Notes: a model not told the origin generated them from the letters alone. Positions 29,516 through 35,484 are shown, counted from the first letter of the stretch. The stretch is 64,000 nt of DNA from Candidatus Magasanikiibacteriota bacterium (GCA_049287025.1 JBAQFA010000009.1:24802-88801), one strand, 5' to 3'. A program made the numbers and translations.

Positions 29516-30103
29516 ATGCGTACAATGTTAGTCGCGTTGCTGTCGCTGGTGCTGTTTTCAAGTATTGCTCAGGCCGAAACCTACAACACCAGGTTGCTCC
29601 TGCACGGTCACAAGACCGTCGGTGAGGGATTCGGAGTCGCGGGTTGGGTGATTGCGCCCAACATCACAAGCGTACCGAACAAGTGGGTAACCCTCGTCGG
29701 CCCGTGCTACGATGGACAGGGGTGGGGTGTAGAATTGTTGGCAGGAGCGGTTGTTTCTGGTGGCGAGAGCAAGTTTCTTGTAGATGTCAGAATAACGTTC
29801 ACTCCAAAATTCTTCGGCATCCCCTTGAACACCTGGCACAACTTCCAGTGGATTCGAACCGGAGGCTCTGGCACGGGTTACTGGTATGGACAGGTTGACT
29901 GGGTGTTGCCACTCGGACTTGGACTTCTCGGTACAGAAACCGAGAACACGTTCAACGTGAGTGGCAATGACTGGTCAGTCGCGCCTCACGTCGTGATCTC
30001 TTTCGGTGATCACTTCGCGCTAGTGTTCGCTCCACAAGCTCATTTCAATGCACGTGGCTACACTGGCACGCAAGCGTGGGTTCGTACGGTCGTGAGTCAC
30101 TAG
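29516..30103 (+). CDS. GC-rich secreted protein, unknown function (cassette 2)
   Basis: AAGGAGG lies 5 nt upstream of the ATG. The Sec signal peptide is MRTMLVALLSLVLFSSIAQA/ET. The mature part is Gly/Trp/Val-rich with an alternating, beta-like pattern. The 60-nt line starting at 29581 contains 36 G+C. Confidence 0.7.
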   Translation: MRTMLVALLSLVLFSSIAQAETYNTRLLLHGHKTVGEGFGVAGWVIAPNITSVPNKWVTLVGPCYDGQGWGVELLAGAVVSGGESKFLVDVRITFTPKFFGIPLNTWHNFQWIRTGGSGTGYWYGQVDWVLPLGLGLLGTETENTFNVSGNDWSVAPHVVISFGDHFALVFAPQAHFNARGYTGTQAWVRTVVSH

Positions 30104-30177
30104 TCGTTCTTTTATAGGGGGGAGGACTTACTTGAGACTAGTCATCTCACGTGGACCGGCACGTAAAAATCCGGGAT

Positions 30178-30197
30178 TCTAGTTAGTACTAAGTAGA
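30178..30197. repeat. 20-bp near-perfect palindrome TCTAGTTAGTACTAAGTAGA (cassette 3' boundary)
   Basis: The half-sites tctagttag and ctaagtaga match at 8 of 9 positions. An identical copy lies at 31851-31870 and a half-site lies at 13725-13733. A hairpin-and-T-run terminator follows at 30202-30232. Confidence 0.7.
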
Positions 30198-30254
30198 TAT
30201 CAAAAAACCACGCCTCATCGGCGGGTTTTTTGTTTACTTTGGGTAATTTATGAT

Positions 30255-31049
30255 TTATTTTTTCTTTTTGGCAAGTTGAGAGAGTGGTACGGCCGTATTC
30301 CAAGCTAGTTCATATAGCGCTTTTAGAATTTTTACCAAAGATGTACTTTCTATCATTACACCAATTTTGTGTGGTTTATGAGTGACGAAGACAATTTTTG
30401 ATTCAAAAATATTAATTTCACCAAAAAAGTCCTCAATTCCTGGTAGTTGATTAGGTTTAAGCCATTTAATATGAGTATAAGTCATTGATCCTTTATAATT
30501 CGTCATCCAAGTTCTAGCTGTAGGTGTATCCAAAGCAATAATACGTTCATGAATTTTACGTTTACTGCGTTCACGATTATAGCCTTCACCCCAAGTTTTG
30601 AATTCCGGCCAACTCCAGCCTTCAAAATCGGCAATAGAAAGAATTTCGGTTTTTGAATCTAAGCTCTCCCAATAAATATTTTTTAAACCCTGGGTACCTT
30701 CTTGATATTTGATAACTGGCTTTTCGGCAAACTTATAAATCGAAAATAATTTTGGTAAAACTTTTTCTACATTTAATAATTTATCTTCCCATTGCTTTTT
30801 TTTGTTTTTAATATGTTGAACCAGACGCCCTGGATTTTCCGAAGTATAAATCATTTTCGATCCTTTGCCAGTCGCGCGATCTACCAAACCATACCAACCT
30901 AACTTTTCCAAAGCATAATAACCAAGCGTTCGGTTGATACCAGCTTTTTTGGTTATCTCGGCTACAGTAGCAGGACCAAGTTCGAGCAAGGCTAAATATA
31001 CTTTGCCTTCGGTTTCATCTAAACCTAATTGACTGATTAAATCTTTCAT
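30255..31049 (-). CDS. TrmB-family wHTH transcriptional regulator (paralog 3)
   Basis: LGLDETEGKVYLALLELGPATVAEITKKAGINRTLGYYALEKLGWYGLV. It is clearly homologous along its full length to the ORFs 31929..32732 and 48975..49763. Confidence 0.85.
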   Translation of the reverse strand: MKDLISQLGLDETEGKVYLALLELGPATVAEITKKAGINRTLGYYALEKLGWYGLVDRATGKGSKMIYTSENPGRLVQHIKNKKKQWEDKLLNVEKVLPKLFSIYKFAEKPVIKYQEGTQGLKNIYWESLDSKTEILSIADFEGWSWPEFKTWGEGYNRERSKRKIHERIIALDTPTARTWMTNYKGSMTYTHIKWLKPNQLPGIEDFFGEINIFESKIVFVTHKPHKIGVMIESTSLVKILKALYELAWNTAVPLSQLAKKKK

Positions 31050-31164
31050 GTTTTTATTCTACTATATATTTGGAAATGTGTCAAATCTATTTAACAGAAA
31101 ATTATTTATATAGCAAAATACTTTATAATTAGCCAAATATTAATAATTAACTAATAAAACAATA

Positions 31165-31193
31165 TTGACAGTTATTGTAAAATGTGGAATAAT
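31165..31193 (+). promoter_or_regulatory. Promoter of GC-rich cassette 3 with an operator-like palindrome just downstream
   Basis: TTGACA (31165-31170), a 17-nt spacer, then TGgAATAAT (-10 at 31188-31193). GTTCTAGAAT-gaaa-ATTCTGGAAC follows at 31198-31221 with a 9/10 inverted repeat. Confidence 0.55.
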
Positions 31194-31301
31194 AAGTAGT
31201 TCTAGAATGAAAATTCTGGAACCAAATTGATTGGGAGTGTCTGAACACTCTGTATATATGGTCTGGCGTTCTTTACACACGTGCTAGTTGGAGGGAACAT
31301 C

Positions 31302-31727
31302 ATGAAAAGGTGCATCAAGGCTCCGGGAATTAACGCTTTCAGTGGCGAGGGTGAAGTGGGGAAGTTAGAAGATGTCCCCGGAAAACAAGGTTGCCTTCCA
31401 TTTGATCCTAGTCCGGCCGTAGGGGGTTGGATGAAGGACGACAATTGTAAAGTGGAGGCACCACCAGAGGGGTGCACGCTCGAAGTGCCCGAAACGATCC
31501 TATGCCCCAATGGAAAAAACATCCCAGCTGGAAAGTACAAGGTGGGAAAACTGCCTGATGACAAGATTCTGCATCGCTATCATGATCACGTTCTGCCCCT
31601 CACCGATGAGAAGGGGGTCACCCGGCATTATTGCATTGAAAGTTCCGGTAGGCATGTCGACTGGTCGGGATGCGTCTGCATCTTGATTCGTGTGGAGACG
31701 CGCGAAGAGCGACTGCTGATTCAGTAG
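31302..31727 (+). CDS. GC-rich Cys-rich protein, unknown function (cassette 3)
   Basis: GGAGGG lies 6 nt upstream of the ATG at 31302, and the GTG at 31281 from the ORF track is rejected. 141 aa with 8 Cys. I recognise no family. Confidence 0.65.
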   Translation: MKRCIKAPGINAFSGEGEVGKLEDVPGKQGCLPFDPSPAVGGWMKDDNCKVEAPPEGCTLEVPETILCPNGKNIPAGKYKVGKLPDDKILHRYHDHVLPLTDEKGVTRHYCIESSGRHVDWSGCVCILIRVETREERLLIQ

Positions 31728-31792
31728 CCATAAATTAAGGGGGGCAAGACGTAGTCTGGATTCGTCAACCAGTCCACCTGCCGGAGAGGTAG

Positions 31793-31818
31793 GCGTAGGC
31801 CGGCGCGTGAGCTCGGCA
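31793..31818 (+). repeat. Conserved cassette 3' motif GCGTAGGCCGGCGCGTGAGCTCGGCA (REP-like)
   Basis: Near-identical 26-mers occur at 31793-31818, 33336-33361, 34176-34201, 34799-34824 and on the minus strand at 47677-47702. Each lies within 100 nt downstream of a GC-rich ORF stop. Confidence 0.85.
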
Positions 31819-31850
31819 CCGTGCGCCCGACACATTCAAAACGGGCAAAT

Positions 31851-31870
31851 TCTAGTTAGTACTAAGTAGA
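31851..31870. repeat. Second copy of palindrome TCTAGTTAGTACTAAGTAGA + terminator
   Basis: It is identical to 30178-30197. The hairpin aaaaaaccacgc...gcgcggtttttt follows. Confidence 0.7.
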
Positions 31871-31928
31871 TAACAAAAAACCACGCCCTATCAGCGCGGT
31901 TTTTTGTTTGTTTTGAATAATTTATAAA

Positions 31929-32732
31929 TTATTTTTTCTTTTTACTAGTTTTAGCAAGCGGTGTAGCTGTAATCCACGCCAGTTCAAAAATCGCTTTTAA
32001 AATATTAGATAAAGCCGTGCTTTCTATAATTATGCCAATAGGGATTGGTTTCTTGAATAAAGCCATCATTACTTTATTATCATAAATATTAATTTCACCA
32101 CCTAAATCTTTGATAGTTGGTACTTGTTCGGGTTTTATCCAGCGATAATTAATATATTTTTTTGATCCTTGATAATGTTTCATCCAATCTCTTCCTTCGG
32201 GTGTATCTAAAACCAAAACGCGTTCAGAAATTTTTCTTTTACTACGTTCGCGGGTATATTCTTTGCCCCATTTAAAAAGATTAAACTCTGGTGTATACCA
32301 AGCTTGCAAATCCAAGACTGATAAAATTTCTGATTTGGCTTCTAAAGTTTCCCAATAAATATTTTTGGCACCCTCAACACCTTCTTGAAATCTAACGCTG
32401 GGTTTTTCGGCCACGGTATAGAGTAAATAAAAATCTGGCAATTGTGATTCTAATTCTTTTTCTTTTCTTTCCCAAGTATTAATTTTTGATTTTACAAAAT
32501 GTTTTAAATTTTTGGGATCTTTGGCTACAAATTGAATGCGTTTCTTTTGTCCAGAAGAACGATTGACTAGGCCAAACCAACCAAGTTTTTCTAGGGCATG
32601 ATAACAAAGGGTGTGACCAATGCCAGCTTTGCGGGCAATGGCGCTGGCGCCAGAAGGTCCAAGTTGTAAAAGGGCAATATAGACTTTGGCTTCTGTTTCT
32701 TCAAAGCCAATGCTTTTAAGAATTTCTAACAT
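31929..32732 (-). CDS. TrmB-family wHTH transcriptional regulator (paralog 4)
   Basis: IGFEETEAKVYIALLQLGPSGASAIARKAGIGHTLCYHALEKLGWFGLV. The C-terminus LKAIFELAWITATPL...KKKK parallels that of paralog 3. Confidence 0.85.
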   Translation of the reverse strand: MLEILKSIGFEETEAKVYIALLQLGPSGASAIARKAGIGHTLCYHALEKLGWFGLVNRSSGQKKRIQFVAKDPKNLKHFVKSKINTWERKEKELESQLPDFYLLYTVAEKPSVRFQEGVEGAKNIYWETLEAKSEILSVLDLQAWYTPEFNLFKWGKEYTRERSKRKISERVLVLDTPEGRDWMKHYQGSKKYINYRWIKPEQVPTIKDLGGEINIYDNKVMMALFKKPIPIGIIIESTALSNILKAIFELAWITATPLAKTSKKKK

Positions 32733-32875
32733 AGAATTTTATTTTAGAATTTATTAGATATATTTATTATAACACAAAAATAAATTTATTTCAATATCAA
32801 ATTGAAAATAATTACTAGATTGTAAATTTTTATTTAAAATAAGCCAAAAATGGTTTATTTATTTTAAATTGAGTA

Positions 32876-32904
32876 TTGACATACTCCATAATCTAATGCA
32901 TAAT
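32876..32904 (+). promoter_or_regulatory. Promoter of GC-rich cassette 4
   Basis: TTGACA (32876-32881), a 17-nt spacer, then CATAAT (32899-32904). The architecture matches the minus-strand promoter at 48721-48749. Confidence 0.55.
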
Positions 32905-32906
32905 TA

Positions 32907-32946
32907 CTTGTTCTGACGATCGAGGATTGGCCTTGAGAGTTGGACG
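32907..32946 (+). promoter_or_regulatory. Conserved cassette 5' leader (CTTGTTCTGACGATCGAGGAT..CCTTGAGAGTTGGACG)
   Basis: It matches 48718-48679 (minus strand) at 37 of 40 positions and is closely similar to 48294-48258 (minus strand). It contains the hairpin TCGAGG-N5-CCT(C/T)GA. The C-to-T change keeps a G:U pair, and the loops differ. Confidence 0.7.
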
Positions 32947-32963
32947 CTAACTGGGAGGGCATC

Positions 32964-33311
32964 ATGGCCGAAGAGCACGAGGTACGGTGTGATAACTGCG
33001 CCCACCACCACGTAGGAAGCGGGGGTTGTTTCGGCAAAGTAGAGAGCAGGTTCCCCATGTACGATTTTCATAGAGGAGTAAAATACTGCATGTGGGGGGG
33101 GACCCCCAGCCGAATTGTGACCTTTTCTAGATTGAAGGGGTGCCCGCTGGGTGTGGAGTTTGTGCCACTCCGCTGGTGTGGTACCTGTGGCAACTTGGTC
33201 CAAACGGACCAAGGGTGTGCTCACCGGTTGGAGGGTTGCGAGGACCCCAGCTACAGGTGCTGGAAGATTCACCCCGACCTCAAGGAGGGTATGAGACAAC
33301 AGTACCTCTAG
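32964..33311 (+). CDS. GC-rich Cys/His-rich protein, unknown function (cassette 4, ORF a)
   Basis: GGGAGGG lies 4 nt upstream of the ATG at 32964. 115 aa with CDNCAHHH, CGTCG and other Cys pairs that suggest metal binding. I recognise no family. Confidence 0.65.
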   Translation: MAEEHEVRCDNCAHHHVGSGGCFGKVESRFPMYDFHRGVKYCMWGGTPSRIVTFSRLKGCPLGVEFVPLRWCGTCGNLVQTDQGCAHRLEGCEDPSYRCWKIHPDLKEGMRQQYL

Positions 33312-33335
33312 ACTACCCACCTATGGGTTAAACAG

Positions 33336-33447
33336 GCGTAGGCCGACGCGTGAGCTCGGCATTCCATTTTTGTCCAAAATATTATTTTTTGCATAAAGAT
33401 GGAGGCGCTCTTTAAAAACAAACAATCCGCACTGGTGGTGTTGGTTG
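33336..33447 (+). repeat. Inter-cassette junction repeat, copy A (~112 nt)
   Basis: The 3' motif is followed by the AT hairpin ccatttttgtcc...gcataaagatgg (33364-33402). CGCTCTTTAAAAACAAACAA and CACTGGTGGTGTTGGTTG follow that. It aligns along its full length with 34176-34285. Confidence 0.8.
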
Positions 33448-33480
33448 AAGAGATATAGTTCTGACTTAACGGAGGCTAGA

Positions 33481-34149
33481 ATGGGATACGACCCAAACCA
33501 AATGGCCCAAAGGTATTTGAGGGTCGACTGGGCCGACGTGAAGGGCTATGCCGCTTACGCGGTAGAGTCCACGTTCGGGGACCAAGTACCACCACCCATA
33601 AAAAGGAGACTCGAGGTATTGGACGGTATAAGGGACAAGGAAGGTCCCGAAGCCGCCTGTCTCGAGGCAGCAAGGATCGAATGTGAATGCCAAGTCGTTC
33701 AGGAGAAAAGAACTGAACGACGGCAGTGGAGAACGGGAGACGACCCATACAAATATGGGTCTTCGTTCTCTTCGAAGTTTGTCATCATAGATTATAATGG
33801 TGAAAAAAGATTCTACATCGCTCATAATTGGCATATGCAGGCCGTTTTCGTTTTCGCCAAAATTCTGGTGGATAGAAATAAAAAAGTCGATTTTCACGTT
33901 CTGGGTGGGGGGTGGTTCCGTGCTAATCATCCCCTAACTGTTGGCGGTTTTAGCGGTGATTTTAGCTCGTTCAAAATCTCTGACTTGAGTGAGGCGTTGG
34001 GTGGGCTTGAATTCACCGACAAAGATCCCGGTGATTGGCGCACGAATTCCATGCGTGCCACCCATATTGATTGGGCTTTTATCGAAAAAGCCCGTGACTC
34101 CTCTGAGAAATACAGGGAGGTATGGAAACGGATCTTTGAGGAGGAATAA
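33481..34149 (+). CDS. Unknown-function protein (cassette 4, ORF b)
   Basis: AGTTCTGAC (33457-33465) precedes GGAGG, which lies 5 nt upstream of the ATG at 33481. The TTG at 33445 from the ORF track is rejected. 222 aa. I recognise no family. Confidence 0.6.
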   Translation: MGYDPNQMAQRYLRVDWADVKGYAAYAVESTFGDQVPPPIKRRLEVLDGIRDKEGPEAACLEAARIECECQVVQEKRTERRQWRTGDDPYKYGSSFSSKFVIIDYNGEKRFYIAHNWHMQAVFVFAKILVDRNKKVDFHVLGGGWFRANHPLTVGGFSGDFSSFKISDLSEALGGLEFTDKDPGDWRTNSMRATHIDWAFIEKARDSSEKYREVWKRIFEEE

Positions 34150-34175
34150 TAGACGTAATCTGATTTCGTCAATCA

Positions 34176-34285
34176 GCGTAGGCCGGCGCGTTAGCTCGGC
34201 ATTCCATCTTTGTATAAAAATAATTTTATATAAAGATGGTTGTCGCTCTTTAAAAACAAACAACTAACACTGGTGGTGTTGGTTG
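34176..34285 (+). repeat. Inter-cassette junction repeat, copy B (~110 nt)
   Basis: See copy A. The hairpin ccatctttgtat...atataaagatgg lies at 34204-34239. Confidence 0.8.
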
Positions 34286-34339
34286 GTGATATATAAAAAG
34301 GACTGGTGGCGGACACAACCCTTGGAGAAGGAGTTGAAA

Positions 34340-34759
34340 ATGAGTACTGTCAAGATACTCATCATCGACGACGGTGATGAGAAAGTCGATCGACTGAAAG
34401 GTTATGATCGACTTGGCCACCTCCATGGTGTGGAGGTGGTACGCCGATGGAATTTTAATTCGGCTCTTAAGGAAGGGCCGTACGCGTTTAATGATTTGGA
34501 GCAAACAAAGTTTGACGTGATTATTTTGGACTTTACACTGCCAATGGACAGATTCGGTCATGAGATCTTGGATAAAATTAGACACAGTCCCAGGTTTATT
34601 ATTAACGAAAGAACGGTAGTAATTGGCATTTCCACAGAGTGGAAACGTCTATTACAATATGATTTCGGTTTGAATCTTGCGATCTACAAGGAGGAAACGA
34701 TGGCTGACGAACTGGAAACAGCCATCAAGTCCTTCGTCGCCACTGGCAAAGTCAAATAA
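34340..34759 (+). CDS. Stand-alone CheY-like receiver (REC) domain protein (cassette 4, ORF c)
   Basis: AAGGAG lies 6 nt upstream of the ATG at 34340. KILIIDDG, the putative phospho-acceptor in DVIILDFTLP, and VVIGIST fit a receiver fold. There is no output domain, and no kinase lies in the window. Confidence 0.65.
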   Translation: MSTVKILIIDDGDEKVDRLKGYDRLGHLHGVEVVRRWNFNSALKEGPYAFNDLEQTKFDVIILDFTLPMDRFGHEILDKIRHSPRFIINERTVVIGISTEWKRLLQYDFGLNLAIYKEETMADELETAIKSFVATGKVK

Positions 34760-34798
34760 TTTGGGGAGGGAAAGACGAAGCTTGGGATTTGTCACCCA

Positions 34799-34824
34799 AC
34801 GTAGGCCGGCGCGTGAGCTCGGCA
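34799..34824 (+). repeat. Cassette 3' motif copy (ACGTAGGCCGGCGCGTGAGCTCGGCA), end of the array
   Basis: It matches the 26-mer consensus at 25 of 26 positions. It is preceded by AGACGAAGCTTGGGATTTGTCACCCA, which resembles the sequence preceding the copies at 31793 and 34176. Confidence 0.8.
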
Positions 34825-34959
34825 ATCTCCTTTTTCGCGAAAGAAAGAGCAAAAAAGATCCAGTAAAACTGGGCTTTTTTGTTTGTGGATAAAATAGTTG
34901 ACAATGTGTCTAATATCGTGTATAGTATATAATATATTATAAACTATATACTATAAACT

Positions 34960-35460
34960 ATGAAAACAGACACTACTGACAAAATTTTAGAGTATATTAA
35001 AGAAAAAGGACAGGTTAAACCAAAAGATATAATTAATTATATTGGTTTTGGTGCGCCTGCTGTTTTTAGACAATTAAAAAAACTCATAAGTGAAGGTAAG
35101 ATAGAAAAAAGTGGCACTCCACCAATGGTTTATTATCATTTTCCGATTGACATAAAAGATATAGAGGTTAACGAAAAGAAAATTTTTGATATAAAAATAA
35201 ATTTAAAAGAATTTGGTATTCATCTTTCAGATAGAGAATCAGCCAAAAGATCGTTATTGTTTATTAAGATGAGGTATAAGAAAATTATTGATAATGTCAA
35301 TAAAATTGAAATTAATTTTGAGGATATAAAAGTACTAGGACCTGGCTGGGCTGACGAATTTATTTCTAATTTATCAAAAGAGTATCCAGGAAAGATAGTT
35401 TTGTTGCCTAGTAATAATGCTAGCATAAAAGCTTCGTTACAATTTATTAATATAAAATAA
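34960..35460 (+). CDS. wHTH + STAS-like (DUF4325-like) protein
   Basis: The N-terminal winged helix is ILEYIKEKGQVKPKDIINYIGFGAPAVFRQLKKLISEGKIEK. The C-terminal ~80 aa resemble DUF4325. The assignment is tentative. Confidence 0.5.
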   Translation: MKTDTTDKILEYIKEKGQVKPKDIINYIGFGAPAVFRQLKKLISEGKIEKSGTPPMVYYHFPIDIKDIEVNEKKIFDIKINLKEFGIHLSDRESAKRSLLFIKMRYKKIIDNVNKIEINFEDIKVLGPGWADEFISNLSKEYPGKIVLLPSNNASIKASLQFINIK

Positions 35461-35484
35461 TTTAACATAATTAATTGTTATTTT

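Noticed and set aside
29558-34852. Antisense or overlapping ORFs across the cassette array (e.g. 29558..29839 -, 31202..31564 -, 31500..31835 -, 32904..33320 -, 33466..33930 -, 33934..34263 -, 34250..34585 -, 34652..34852 -).
   Set aside because: The same GC-rich artefact applies. Several of them translate the conserved non-coding 26-mer as ...AELTRRPT..., which shows that they read through repeats. They lack RBS and promoter support.
28374-34900. The cassette array interpreted as a classical integron.
   Set aside because: No IntI-type tyrosine recombinase or attI is present in the window. The junctions lack the paired R''/L''-L'/R' inverted-repeat organisation of attC. Each module has its own promoter and regulator. 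GTTGGAC fits GTTRRRY but is a weak 7-mer match. I retain only the positional analogy.
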